Shown here: piece after piece, positions 48,314-58,596 of the stretch
Position numbering within the stretch: position 1 is the stretch's first letter
How the letters are laid out: every line of letters begins with the position of its first letter
DNA from: Chloroflexota bacterium
Lineage (GTDB): Bacteria; Chloroflexota; UBA11872
Assembly (NCBI GenBank): GCA_022821905.1
Contig: JAJECS010000024.1
Coordinates: forward strand, 320,682 to 384,681
Length of the DNA: 64,000 nt
Direction of reading: 5' to 3'
Program-made: the position numbers and the translations under genes
The notes under the pieces: model-generated
What the model saw: the letters and a program-made list of their open reading frames with translations, nothing else
The model's database searches: none
Told to the model about the DNA's origin: nothing

Positions 48314-49675
48314 ATGCTTGAATCCACGACGCGCGATGCGCTGGCGTCCGCCGACATCGAGCACCTGATCCATCAACTCACGCGCGCCGGTCACCACGCG
48401 CGCACCGGTCCCGTGATCGTCGAGTCCGCCAGCGGCGCCACGCTGCGGCTGGCCGACGGTCGCGAGATTCTGGACGGTACGTCTGGCCTCTGGTGCGTCA
48501 ACGTCGGCCATGGTCGCGCCGAGCTGGCCGATGCGGCGGCCGAGCAAATGCGGCGCCTGGCGTTCGCCCACACGTCGAGCGGGTTTTCCCACCAGCCGGC
48601 CATCGAGTTGGCGGCACGGTTAGCAACTCTAACCCCCGACGACCTCACCGCAGCCTACTTCACGTCAGGCGGGGCAGAAGCCAACGAGACCGCATTCAAG
48701 TTCGCGCGCTACTACTGGCGGTTGCAGGACAAGCCCACGAAATCGCTGGTGCTCTCGCACGCACGCGGCTATCACGGCCTTACCCATGGGGCAGGGTCGG
48801 CAACCGGGCTCACCGAATACCACGGCGTATTTGGCGACCTTGCCGAGGGTTTCGACAAGGTGCCGCCTCCGTACCCCTATCGCTGGGACGAGTACGGTCC
48901 CGCCGACATCGACGAAGACGGCATGGCCCGTGCGGACGCGGTGGCGCGGCGAATCGAGGAGCTTGGGCCGGAGAGTGTGGCCGCCGTGATCATGGAACCC
49001 GTGCTCGGCACCGGCGGCGTGATCGTGCCGCCGGACGGCTATTTGCGCGCCGTGCGAGAGGTCTGCGATCAATACGACGTGCTCATGATCGCGGACGAGG
49101 TGATCACGGGCTTCGGGCGCACGGGCACATGGTTCCGCTCGGAGCACGAGGACGTAGTACCCGACATGATGACCTTCGCCAAGGGCGTCACCAGCGGCTA
49201 TCTGCCCCTGGGCGGCGTGATGCTGCGAGAGCACCTGCGGGACGCCATGCGCGAGGCCCCGGGCGATCCGCCCCTCATGCACGTGTTCACCTATTCGGGA
49301 CACCCCGTGCCGTGCGCCGTGGCGCTGGCGAACCTGGCAATCCTGGAGGACGAGGGCATCGTCGCCGGCGTCGCCGCCAAGGGCCGCCGCTTACGCCAGC
49401 GCCTGGACGAGTTGCACGACCTTCCCGAGGTCGGCGACATCCGTTCGGCGGGCCTCATGTCCGGGGTGGAGCTGGTGCGCGACCAGGACACGAGGGAGCC
49501 CTACCACGTCAGCGAGCGGCCGACCGCCGTGGCGGCGGAGGCGCTGGAGCGCGGGCTGGCCACGCGCGCTCTTCTGGGCGGAACTATGCAGCTGGCCCCG
49601 CCCCTGATCATTAGCGACGAGGAGATCGACCGTGCGGTGGGAATCCTGGCGGAGTCCATCATCGCCACGCGCTGA
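48314..49675 (+). CDS. class III (omega) aminotransferase
   Basis: The protein contains LWCVNVGHGRAELADAA...DEVITGFGRTG...TFAKG (PLP lysine). Confidence 0.7.
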   Translation: MLESTTRDALASADIEHLIHQLTRAGHHARTGPVIVESASGATLRLADGREILDGTSGLWCVNVGHGRAELADAAAEQMRRLAFAHTSSGFSHQPAIELAARLATLTPDDLTAAYFTSGGAEANETAFKFARYYWRLQDKPTKSLVLSHARGYHGLTHGAGSATGLTEYHGVFGDLAEGFDKVPPPYPYRWDEYGPADIDEDGMARADAVARRIEELGPESVAAVIMEPVLGTGGVIVPPDGYLRAVREVCDQYDVLMIADEVITGFGRTGTWFRSEHEDVVPDMMTFAKGVTSGYLPLGGVMLREHLRDAMREAPGDPPLMHVFTYSGHPVPCAVALANLAILEDEGIVAGVAAKGRRLRQRLDELHDLPEVGDIRSAGLMSGVELVRDQDTREPYHVSERPTAVAAEALERGLATRALLGGTMQLAPPLIISDEEIDRAVGILAESIIATR

Positions 49676-49702
49676 CCGGGGACAGCGCCTACGATTCGAG
49701 CC

Positions 49703-50560
49703 ATGAATCCAAGTTGCCTGGCGCATGTGCTGAACGACGACGAACGAGCCCGCTTCGACGCCGAGGGCTACCTGGTAGTCGAAGGCGCGCTGAGCGACGC
49801 GGAGGTCACGGCGCTCAACGCGGTGCTCGATCGGTTGCGGGATGCCAACCGGCTGGCATCGCCCGAACGCTACGCCGGCATCGACCAGCGCGTGCTGCAC
49901 CTTGGATTCATCACGCTCGATCGGGCGTTCATGGATCTGATCGACCATCCCCGTCTGTTCCCCAAGGTCTGGGGAATCTTGGGGCCCAACATCTATCTCT
50001 ACAGCACGCATCTCATCATCACGCCGCCGCAGGCCGACGAGTTCGACCCCGCGCGGGACACGCTCAACTGGCACCAGGATTCGAGCTGGATGGGCCGGGA
50101 CATGCCGGAGCTCGCCGTGCCGGCGCGCCTGTCGGTGAAGGTGGCGTACCTGCTCACCGATCACTCGCAGCCCGGCAGCGCCAACCTGTGGGTGCTGCCC
50201 GGGGCCCACACTCGGTCCTCGATCGACATCCCGCCGGACGGACAGGGCCAGCCGCCCGGCGCCATCCCCGTCTGCGCGCCCGCCGGCAGCGCGGTCATTT
50301 TCGACCGGCGGCTCTGGCACGACGGCAGCCCCAACGCCGCGCCGTGGTCGCGTCGAGCGCTGTTCTACGGCTATGGCTATCGCTGGATTCGACGGCGCGA
50401 CAAGGATGCAATGCCGGTTCCGCCCGACCAGCTCGCGGACGCGGGCCCGATCCGCCGGCAACTGCTGGACTACCCCAGTGAGGGTCACGAGCCGCTGCAG
50501 TTCATCGGCGGTGAGTCGCCGCTGCGGGACTGGTTGCAGCGGCACGGTCAGCTTGCCTAG
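49703..50560 (+). CDS. phytanoyl-CoA dioxygenase family protein
   Basis: The motifs WHQDSSW...LPGAHT...LWHDGSPN match the PhyH family. Confidence 0.55.
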   Translation: MNPSCLAHVLNDDERARFDAEGYLVVEGALSDAEVTALNAVLDRLRDANRLASPERYAGIDQRVLHLGFITLDRAFMDLIDHPRLFPKVWGILGPNIYLYSTHLIITPPQADEFDPARDTLNWHQDSSWMGRDMPELAVPARLSVKVAYLLTDHSQPGSANLWVLPGAHTRSSIDIPPDGQGQPPGAIPVCAPAGSAVIFDRRLWHDGSPNAAPWSRRALFYGYGYRWIRRRDKDAMPVPPDQLADAGPIRRQLLDYPSEGHEPLQFIGGESPLRDWLQRHGQLA

Positions 50561-50671
50561 GGTTGATACAGGCCCATGTGGACGCTCGGGCGTCTGCGCC
50601 GAATCTGCACATGGCCTGCATGGCTGGCGCATGCGCCCGACCTACGCTGACACGCTGAGGGTCGCGCTGAC

Positions 50672-51643
50672 GTGGCTCGATTCGACCGGTCCGATTGGAG
50701 TGTCGTGATGCGCGGAGGACTTGTGCGGTGGCTGGTCGCTATCGCCCTGCTTGGCGTCGCCATCGCCGGCGTGGCCTACCTGTTTGTCTTCATTTCCGGC
50801 GGCGCCGGCGAAGCCAGTGAGCCCATAAGCGCGCCTCAACTGGCCTTGCCCACGGCAACCGCGACCGCCGAGCCGCCCGCCCCGACGGCGACCGCGGCTC
50901 CCACGCCAACCGCGACGGAGGCCCCAACCGTCGCTGCGACGGCAGCCCCTCAGCCGACGGCGACCGCTGCCCCCGAACCTACCGCGACCGAGGCGCCGAC
51001 GCCTGCCGCGACCGAAGCCCCCGCGCCGACGGCAACGCCGGAGGCCACGCCAACCGCAGCCGCCGCTGAAGCACCCTCGGGTGACGCCCCGACGGCGGCC
51101 GTGCTCTATCGCATCGTGCCGGAGGAGTCGGAGGTCCGGTTCGAGATCGACGAGATCCTGCGCGGTGCGCCCACGCTCGTAGTCGGCACGACCAATCAGG
51201 TGGCCGGCGACTTCATCATCGACTTCGCCGACCTTGGCGCCTCGCAGCTAGGCGCGATTCGGATCAACGTGCGGACGCTGCGCACCGACGAGGAGCGGCG
51301 CGACCGGGCCATCCGCTCGCGGATTCTCGAATCGGCAAGCGATCAGTACGAGTTCACCACGCTCGAGCCCGTGCGCCTCGAAGGACTCCCCGAAACGATA
51401 GAGATTGGCCAGCCGGCGACGTTTCAAATCGTCACCAACCTGACAATCCGCGACATCACGCGCGAGGTCACCTTCGACGCCGAGCTGACCGTGGTGGCCC
51501 CAGACCGCGTCGAAGGCACGGCGGTGACCACCATCCTGCGTGGCGACTACAACCTGACCATTCCCAACGTGCCGTTCGTGGCCTCGGTGGACGAGGACGT
51601 GTTACTCGGCATCAGCTTCGTCGCAGTCGCCGTTCCCCAATAG
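50672..51643 (+). CDS. YceI-like domain protein with N-terminal TM segment and Ala/Pro/Thr-rich linker
   Basis: A TM helix is present (LVAIALLGVAIAGVAYLFVFI). An (APTATA)n linker follows. The C-terminal half is YceI-like. Confidence 0.45.
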   Translation: MARFDRSDWSVVMRGGLVRWLVAIALLGVAIAGVAYLFVFISGGAGEASEPISAPQLALPTATATAEPPAPTATAAPTPTATEAPTVAATAAPQPTATAAPEPTATEAPTPAATEAPAPTATPEATPTAAAAEAPSGDAPTAAVLYRIVPEESEVRFEIDEILRGAPTLVVGTTNQVAGDFIIDFADLGASQLGAIRINVRTLRTDEERRDRAIRSRILESASDQYEFTTLEPVRLEGLPETIEIGQPATFQIVTNLTIRDITREVTFDAELTVVAPDRVEGTAVTTILRGDYNLTIPNVPFVASVDEDVLLGISFVAVAVPQ

Positions 51644-51683
51644 CGGCGGCGCCGGCCCGGCATCGCGCAAGTAGAATCCGCGC

Positions 51684-53198
51684 ATGCTTGCCAAGGTGCA
51701 TAGCTGTGCACTGGTGGGACTTGACGGCGTGCTCGTCGACGTCGAGGTCGACGTCGCCCAGGGCCTGCCCGCCTACACCATCGTCGGCCTGCCCGACGCC
51801 GCCGTGCAGGAGGCGCGGGAACGCACGCGCGCGGCGATTCGCAACAGCGGCGCGGTGTTCCCGAACCGCCGCCTCACGGTCAACCTGGCGCCGGCGGACG
51901 TGCGCAAGGTCGGGCCAGTGCACGATCTGTCCATCGCCGCCGCCATCCTGGCCGCCACCGGACAGCTGGGCGATTTCACTGAGAACCGCGCGGTCTTTCT
52001 GGGCGAGCTGTCGCTCGACGGCGCCCTGCGGCATACCGACGGGATTCTGCCGATGGTGGCCGAGGCGCGGACGGAGGGCATGGAACGCGCCTTCGTTCCG
52101 TCCATGAACGGGGCCGAGGCAGCCGTCGTGAGCGGCATCGAGGTGCTGCCGGTGAACTCGCTGCAGCAGCTCATCGCACACTTCATGGGCTTGATCCGGA
52201 TCGAGCCGCTGCCGGCCACCCAAACGACCGTCGATCGCTCCAGCTACCCGGTCGATCTCGCCGACGTGCGCGGGCAGGCCCACGTGAAGCGGGCGCTGGA
52301 GATCGCCGCGGCCGGCGCGCACAACGTGTTGATGATCGGCCCGCCCGGCGCCGGCAAGACCCTGCTGGCGCGCTGCGTGCCGTCGATCCTGCCGCCGCTC
52401 GAGCTGGAAGAGGCCATCGACGTCACCAAGATCTACAGCGTGGCCGGCCTGATCCCGCAGCGGACGTCGCTGATCGCCGAGCGACCGTTCCGCGCACCGC
52501 ACCACACCGTGTCGCATGTGGGCCTGGTCGGCGGCGGCGTGAGCCCGCAACCGGGCGAGATCAGCCTCGCCCACCGGGGCGTGCTCTTTCTGGATGAGTT
52601 TCCCGAGTTCAGCCGGCAGTCGCTCGAAGCTTTGCGTCAGCCGCTGGAGGACGGCACCGTCAGCGTCGTGCGTGCCAACTACTCCGTCACGCTGCCCGCT
52701 CGCCTCATGCTGGTGGCGGCCATGAACCCGTCGCCCGGCGGCTATGCCGAAGGCGACGGCGACTCGACGGTGACCGACGCCGCGCGGCGCTATCGACGGC
52801 GCATCTCGGGACCATTGCTGGACCGCATCGACGTGTATGTCGATGTGCCGCAGATTCCGTATGAGGACATGGCGGGAGGCGACCGCGGCGAATCGTCCGA
52901 AGCCGTCCGTGAGCGCGTCGAGGCTTGTCGCGACATTCAGGCGGAGCGCCTCAACCCTCACGATCTGCGGGTGAATGCCGAGATCACCGCGCGCCTCGTG
53001 CCGGAGCTATGCGTGGTCGACAAGCGTGCCGAGGCGCTGCTGCGCGGCGCGCACGACCGGATGGGCCTCAGCGGACGCGGGCATCACCGCACGCTGAAGC
53101 TATCCCGCACCATCGCCGACCTGGACGGCGCGGAGGTGATCGGCGCGGCCCACGTGGCCGAGGCGCTGCAATACCGCGCCCGCCTCGACGACGTGTAG
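51684..53198 (+). CDS. comM: YifB/ComM family Mg-chelatase-like AAA+ ATPase
   Basis: The N-terminus reads MLAKVHSCALVGLDGVLVDVEVDVAQGLPAYTIVGLPDAAVQEARER. Walker A is GPPGAGKT. Confidence 0.8.
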   Translation: MLAKVHSCALVGLDGVLVDVEVDVAQGLPAYTIVGLPDAAVQEARERTRAAIRNSGAVFPNRRLTVNLAPADVRKVGPVHDLSIAAAILAATGQLGDFTENRAVFLGELSLDGALRHTDGILPMVAEARTEGMERAFVPSMNGAEAAVVSGIEVLPVNSLQQLIAHFMGLIRIEPLPATQTTVDRSSYPVDLADVRGQAHVKRALEIAAAGAHNVLMIGPPGAGKTLLARCVPSILPPLELEEAIDVTKIYSVAGLIPQRTSLIAERPFRAPHHTVSHVGLVGGGVSPQPGEISLAHRGVLFLDEFPEFSRQSLEALRQPLEDGTVSVVRANYSVTLPARLMLVAAMNPSPGGYAEGDGDSTVTDAARRYRRRISGPLLDRIDVYVDVPQIPYEDMAGGDRGESSEAVRERVEACRDIQAERLNPHDLRVNAEITARLVPELCVVDKRAEALLRGAHDRMGLSGRGHHRTLKLSRTIADLDGAEVIGAAHVAEALQYRARLDDV

Positions 53199-53231
53199 CC
53201 TGCGTCGGCGATGACCATGATTCTGTTTGCG

Positions 53232-53345
53232 GTGAGCCCGCTCCGCCTGTGGTGCGCCTGTCTCCGTTCGTGGCGAGCCTGTCTCCGTTCGTGGTGAGCC
53301 TGTCGAACCACGCCCTTCGACTTCGCTCAGGGCGAACGGAGTAGG
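53232..53345. repeat. three tandem partial copies of the 'gagcctgtc(tc/ga)...cgttcgtgg' dispersed repeat
   Basis: The sequence ggtgcgcctgtctccgttcgt / ggcgagcctgtctccgttcgt / ggtgagcctgtcgaaccacgcccttcgacttcgctcagggcgaacgga is directly visible. Confidence 0.55.
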
Positions 53346-53378
53346 CGGCGCCAAATCTCCAACAGGCTCTCAGGTCGC

Positions 53379-54335
53379 CTAGCCCCCCACCACCTCCCGC
53401 AGGACGTCCTTCCGCAGCTTGCAGATCATGGTGTAGGCCGGGTCGAACATATTCCCCAGGTCGTATTCGACCATGCGACCGAGCAGCAGGTGCGCCTCGC
53501 GCGTCGTGAGGCCGTAGTCCGCCTCGAGCCAGCGCACCATCTCGGACGTGGCGTGTTGCACGGCCTGGTCGAGCGGTCGCAAGTTTCCGGCCGTCATGAT
53601 GTGGGTATCGTTCTCGAAGCGCGGCCACTCGATGGTCTTGTCCTTGATCAGATCGAGCGTGAAGGTCACGTCCATCGGCACCTCAACGCCGGTGCCGTCC
53701 ATCTCGCCGTCCCCCTGCAAGGCGTGACCGTCCCCGGTGTGGAACAGCCCGCCCGGCGCGAACACCGGAAAGTACATCCGCAACCCCTCGACCACGCCGT
53801 TGTAATCCATATTGCCGCCGAAGGGACCGGAGGTGGCGGTGGAGATGTGCTGCCGTCCCGGCGGCGCCACCGCCACGCATCCGACCATGGTCCGCAGCGG
53901 CAGCGCCACGTCGTGAATGCGGTTCCGCGCCGGCGTGGGCTCTCCCGCCGGCGCACGCTCGGGCGGCTGAAGCCGGATGGTGCCTGCCTCGAGATCGATG
54001 TCCCAGAAGGATCGGTCGGCCTCGTCCTCGAACGGCGGCACATCGTCGAACTCAAGCACGTTGGCCGCCAGCGCCGACGAGCTGAAGCCCCACGATCGCG
54101 TGATGCGCACCCGGTCGAGCGTGACGACCAGCGTGTCGCCCGGCTCCGCGCCGGCAACCGCGAACGGCCCCGATTGCGGGTTCCCTCGATTGGCGACGGT
54201 GTTCCCGTGCCGGTCGCCGCCCCGCGCGTCCACCGTGCTCGTGCGCACGCTGTCACCGGGCTGCACCGTCAGCGGCGGCTCGTGCCAGCCAAAGGTGTTG
54301 TGATACGTCGTAGGCTCGAACTCGTGATGCGCCAT
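53379..54335 (-). CDS. acetamidase/formamidase (FmdA_AmdA) family protein
   Basis: 318 aa with conserved His/Asp-rich segments typical of the family. The assignment is tentative. Confidence 0.45.
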   Translation of the reverse strand: MAHHEFEPTTYHNTFGWHEPPLTVQPGDSVRTSTVDARGGDRHGNTVANRGNPQSGPFAVAGAEPGDTLVVTLDRVRITRSWGFSSSALAANVLEFDDVPPFEDEADRSFWDIDLEAGTIRLQPPERAPAGEPTPARNRIHDVALPLRTMVGCVAVAPPGRQHISTATSGPFGGNMDYNGVVEGLRMYFPVFAPGGLFHTGDGHALQGDGEMDGTGVEVPMDVTFTLDLIKDKTIEWPRFENDTHIMTAGNLRPLDQAVQHATSEMVRWLEADYGLTTREAHLLLGRMVEYDLGNMFDPAYTMICKLRKDVLREVVGG

Positions 54336-54692
54336 GGGTTAATCTCCCGTCCGGTCGTGGCATAGCTATAGCACGCGCCAGCCAAGCGTCCTTCCAGCCC
54401 CGATCCCAATGTCACCGATAGACTGCGACAGCCTCACCACGTGGCCGGGTGATGAGGTGGACGCGAGGGGCGCGTCGTCCCTTCGGCATTCCGGCGAACA
54501 GCCTGCCCCGTACTAGATACGGGGCCGGAATCCAGTCCGGTCGATCCTGGCGGCGGGGCATCGACCCTGGACCCCGGCCTCCGCCGGGGTGACGGGGAAA
54601 CGCCGGTGAATTCGCTGGGTCGCGTAAACCGCCGCGACAGCCTGAACTCCCTTGACGGACAACACCGCAACTCTGAACCGGACGACACACCC

Positions 54693-54873
54693 CTTGTCAT
54701 TCCGAGCCGCAGGCGAGGAATCTAAGGAGCTGGGGAGAAGGCACAACGCCTGTCGACTCCTTACGGCCGCCCACCTTCGCCGGCCGTTGCACATCGTTTG
54801 TGAACTTGGGGAATCCAGGCCCGACCAAGCTGGCGCGCTGGAATCCGAGGCAGGGGCGGGTTTGAAACCCGCC
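54693..54873. repeat. composite repeat cluster: hairpin unit (54693-54770), solo IS30-type inverted repeat (54786-54818), hairpin gggcgggtttgaaacccgccc (54852-54873)
   Basis: The stretch gttgcacatcgtttgtgaacttggggaatccag matches the IS30 left IR at 15789-15821 at about 29 of 33 positions. The flanking hairpins match 28472-28500 and 19225-19243. Confidence 0.55.
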
Positions 54874-54953
54874 CTTACGGTCGGTTGGAATAGGGTCGCG
54901 CCGCGACGTTCCAGATGGGGCTAGTCAGCCGTCCCGCCGAGATCGATCGGCCG

Positions 54954-55784
54954 CTATTGATCCCGCTCGTGCCGAAAGCGCCGGAACAACCCGTCGATGT
55001 CCACGTCGTCCGGACCGCCGTCGTGCGCGACGAACCGCGCGCCCAGCGTGAATGACTCGCCGGGCTCCAGCGTCATGGCCGCGTGCCGCCACGGTCCCAC
55101 ATAGATCGGGCCGTAGTCGCGCGTGAACCAGGGCGTGTCGGCCACCTCGGGATAAGGAAAGATGGCGACGCCGGCGACGTGGTCGTGTGTCACCGGACCG
55201 GAGTAGTCCACCCAGTCCGCGTGGGTGTCGAACGTCGCGGCTTCGTTGCGGGCGCCGGTGGCGCTGAGGATTTCGCCGCCGTCCAGCACGTCGATCTGGT
55301 CCGCGATCCGCAGGGCCAGGCCGGCGTCCTTGTCCTGGCCAAACTCCACCAAGTGCCCCGGCGCGGTGAGCGTGGAGACCACGTCCACGGCCACGTGACC
55401 GGCCCACAGGCGCACGCCGGTGCGGCGCCGCTCGCCCAGCACCAACCCGCCGTCGCCGTCGACCCACTCGATGCGCTGGTCGAAGTTGACGCCGTCCAGT
55501 GAGACATCAGTGCGGGTGTCGCGCACCTGAATCTTGGACGGAGGACATAGGCCCAGCGTCTCGGGCGCCCAAAAGTTGAGTCCGTTGACCTTTGAGTGCG
55601 CCACCCAGATGGAGAGATGATGCGGGTGGTCCGCCGGCCCGGCCTGCGTGACCACGTGGCCCTGCGCGGTGCGCACCGGAAACACGTAGGGCCGGTAGAG
55701 CCCCTGCTGCACCGCCGCCAGGTAACGTCCGTCGGCAAACACCTTCAGCTGGGCCTGGCGCTCGAATACCTCGTACTTGGTCAT
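54954..55784 (-). CDS. PmoA-like / DUF6807-type protein (paralogue)
   Basis: See 47334-48305; it shares the DHPHH-SI block. Confidence 0.45.
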   Translation of the reverse strand: MTKYEVFERQAQLKVFADGRYLAAVQQGLYRPYVFPVRTAQGHVVTQAGPADHPHHLSIWVAHSKVNGLNFWAPETLGLCPPSKIQVRDTRTDVSLDGVNFDQRIEWVDGDGGLVLGERRRTGVRLWAGHVAVDVVSTLTAPGHLVEFGQDKDAGLALRIADQIDVLDGGEILSATGARNEAATFDTHADWVDYSGPVTHDHVAGVAIFPYPEVADTPWFTRDYGPIYVGPWRHAAMTLEPGESFTLGARFVAHDGGPDDVDIDGLFRRFRHERDQ

Positions 55785-56021
55785 GTCCCTTCCGATCGCG
55801 ACAGGGGATCGCCAGGCAGTCTACGCAAGCGACCGATAACGGTGGCCGGTCGCGTGATTAGCGAGTCCGGATGCGCGACGGTTCGACACGCTCGCCACAA
55901 GCTGACGGCGACTTCGCCCACGCAACGTCGACGCACCATGCCGACAATGCTTCCCAGCCGCCTATAGTTCGCTCAGGCGGGACTGTCGACGGTCCGCCGG
56001 TGACCGAGGCCGGGTGCGTTC

Positions 56022-57263
56022 GTGGCGGCACGAATCGGAGAGACGGTGAGGGCGGTGTTGGGCACGGGGGCGGCCGGCCCGCTCACGGGGGAGGCGAGGG
56101 CCAACTTCCGGCGAGATCTCGCCTTTCAGCTGCTCACTGGCGTGTTCCTGGGAGTGGTGCTCAACTTCTTTCCGGTGGTGGCTCGCCGTCTCGGCGCCGG
56201 CGAGTTTCTCCTCGCGCTGCTCACAGCGGGCACCTATCTGGGGGCGCTGGTGAGTCTGGGCGCGCCATACGTGCTGCGCACGCTGCAGCCGGCGCGCCGT
56301 ATCGCACTGATCTGGGCGGTCGGACGGGCGCTGTGGATCGCGGCGCTGTTTGTGACGGCGCCCACATGGTTCGCAATCATCGCGCTCGGCTACTTCCTCC
56401 TCTCGGGTCTCCCGCGGCCAGGCGTCACCTGGCTCATGCAAGGGGCCTATCCCGCCCCGCTACGCGGACGCCTCCTGGCCGCCGCGCGCATGGCCATGGC
56501 CGTCGCGGCGCTGATCACCGCTCCGATCGCCGGCCTGCTGCTCGACGTCGTTGGCCACGGTCCGATCCTCGCCGGTGCATCCGTCGTCGGCGTGCTCGCC
56601 ACGGCGGCTTTCGCCGGCATCAAATCCTCGGACCCCCGCCCGTTTCGACGGCGGAACCCCTGGGTGCTCGCGCGCGGGGCCTTTGCCACGCCGTCCTTCC
56701 GCGGATTCGTGGGCGCCTGGAACACGATGGGCTTCGGGATCGCCGTGATGATGCCTGCGGTTCCGATCGTGCTGGTGGATCATTTGCACGCCAGCTTCGG
56801 CACAGTGGGCGTGCTCTCGCTGCTCGCCGGTGTCGCGCAGGCGGTCTGCTTCCCCCTGTGGGGTCGGCTGATCGACCGGCGCACGGGGCCGTTCGGCGCC
56901 GCGCTGGCCATATGCGTTCAATTAGCGTCGCCGGTCATATTCCTCGTCGCCATGGCCACGACTCAGGTGGGAGTCCTCGCCGCGGCCTATCTGGCGATGG
57001 GCGTTGCCGGCGCGGGATTCGTCCTGGGATCGCAGACGACCCTGATGTCGCTGGCGCGCCCCGAGGACACGCCGCCGCTGGCCACGACCTTCAATGCTTC
57101 CGCCGGGCTCTTTGGCGTCGCGGGCCCGTTTGCCGGCGGTCTCCTGCTCATTGCGGGCGGGCCGAATCTCGCGCTCTCCGTCGCCGCCGCGCTCACATTT
57201 GCCGGGGCCGTTCTGATGCTCCGCGTCGCGCGCTCGTTTCGGCCCGCCGATGCCCTAGCGTAG
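56022..57263 (+). CDS. MFS transporter
   Basis: 413 aa and hydrophobic, with about 12 TM segments. Confidence 0.5.
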   Translation: MAARIGETVRAVLGTGAAGPLTGEARANFRRDLAFQLLTGVFLGVVLNFFPVVARRLGAGEFLLALLTAGTYLGALVSLGAPYVLRTLQPARRIALIWAVGRALWIAALFVTAPTWFAIIALGYFLLSGLPRPGVTWLMQGAYPAPLRGRLLAAARMAMAVAALITAPIAGLLLDVVGHGPILAGASVVGVLATAAFAGIKSSDPRPFRRRNPWVLARGAFATPSFRGFVGAWNTMGFGIAVMMPAVPIVLVDHLHASFGTVGVLSLLAGVAQAVCFPLWGRLIDRRTGPFGAALAICVQLASPVIFLVAMATTQVGVLAAAYLAMGVAGAGFVLGSQTTLMSLARPEDTPPLATTFNASAGLFGVAGPFAGGLLLIAGGPNLALSVAAALTFAGAVLMLRVARSFRPADALA

Positions 57264-58380
57264 GGACCATCGGGACATCCGACCGCGGCTCCCCCTTTGG
57301 CGCCAGCAACCCAATGCAGTCCAGATCGACAACCGCCCCCGCAACGCGTTCAACCAGCACGTCGAAGACCGACCAGCCCGCCGTGCCTTCGGGCAGGACC
57401 CGCGTCGTGAGCACGACGATGCGGGAGAGCACGTCGGCCATGGCGAGGCGGTAGTCGGTGAGGCACTGCTCGGCGCTGTAGCCGGTCACGCCGCCTCGCG
57501 TCAGCGCCTGCCGATAGGCGTGCAGAACGTCTGTCTCCAGCGCGCGGCGCGTGTCGCGGTCCGTTGCCGACAGCAGGAAGTAGGCCACGTCCACCGGGCC
57601 AGGCCCGCGGAGCATCACCTGCCAGTCGACGAGTGCCGCCGGCGCTCCGGCGCCGTCCGCCTCGAACATCACGTTGTCGGGGCGGAAGTCCCCGTGCAGC
57701 AGGGTGGGAGGCGCCTGGGACAGGGCGAGGCGGACGGTGTCGAGGCCGTCGATCAGCGCCGGACCGACGCGGTTGCACAGGTTGGGAACGTGGTCGCGAT
57801 ACCGTTCCACGAACTCCGGCCAGGCCTCGCGGCAAATCGCGTGACGCGTGGCGGTCAGGTGGTCGAAGTCAGGGATCCAGTCCAGCGCGGCGAGCGCCGG
57901 GCTGTCCCACCACGCGGCGTGCATCCCGGCCACGCCGGCGACGGCGGCCTGGACCTGCCCCACGGAGCACCCGACCGACGGATCGCCGGCGCGGGCCGGG
58001 GCGAGGTCTTCCAGCAGCAGGACGTAGCGCTCGCCGTCTTGGGCGGCGAAGTGCAGCGTCGCGGTGGGCACGCCCGCCTGATCGGCCAGTTCGCGGTAGA
58101 AGCGAATCTCACGCGCGGCCGCGCCGATGCGCCGGATCAGCTCTCGCGTGACGGCGTTGGGGCTATGCAGCTTGACGATGAAGCTGGGCGGGGCACCGTC
58201 CGCCTCGCCGTCGTAGGTCGCGCGCAGACGCCGCAACTGCCCGGCGAATCCCTGGCTGCCGCCAAGCGACTCGACCTGCACGGCTGAGACCGATCCATCA
58301 GTGAGCACCCCGCTCGACCACAGCGCGCACGTGAGCCAGGCCGCGTCGATGGCCGATGCGTCGGCGGGTACCTCGGTCAT
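57193..58380 (-). CDS. phosphotransferase (APH/choline-kinase-like) family protein
   Basis: The Brenner/catalytic motif LLHGDFRPDNVMF is present, followed by ...VDWQ. Confidence 0.55.
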   Translation of the reverse strand: MTEVPADASAIDAAWLTCALWSSGVLTDGSVSAVQVESLGGSQGFAGQLRRLRATYDGEADGAPPSFIVKLHSPNAVTRELIRRIGAAAREIRFYRELADQAGVPTATLHFAAQDGERYVLLLEDLAPARAGDPSVGCSVGQVQAAVAGVAGMHAAWWDSPALAALDWIPDFDHLTATRHAICREAWPEFVERYRDHVPNLCNRVGPALIDGLDTVRLALSQAPPTLLHGDFRPDNVMFEADGAGAPAALVDWQVMLRGPGPVDVAYFLLSATDRDTRRALETDVLHAYRQALTRGGVTGYSAEQCLTDYRLAMADVLSRIVVLTTRVLPEGTAGWSVFDVLVERVAGAVVDLDCIGLLAPKGEPRSDVPMVPTLGHRRAETSARRGASERPRQM

Positions 58381-58477
58381 CGCGATGCCTCATCGTGGGC
58401 GCTCTGAGAAGCGCTGCGCACCTAAAGTCGCTCCCGTCTACGGCTGGTTGGCCGGAGGGTAATACGTCGGGCAGATC

Positions 58478-58503
58478 CGTCATTCCCGCGGAGGCGGGAA
58501 TCC
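58478..58503. repeat. hairpin repeat gtcattcccgcggaggcgggaatcc
   Basis: The palindrome is near-perfect. It belongs to the same family as 19169-19193. Confidence 0.5.
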
Positions 58504-58596
58504 ACGCTCAATTCGCTCGCGAGTCAACTGAGGTCGCTGCGGACGAATACACTCCGGTCGCGCCCTCCGATCGCGCGACACGCAAGGCCGCCCGCC

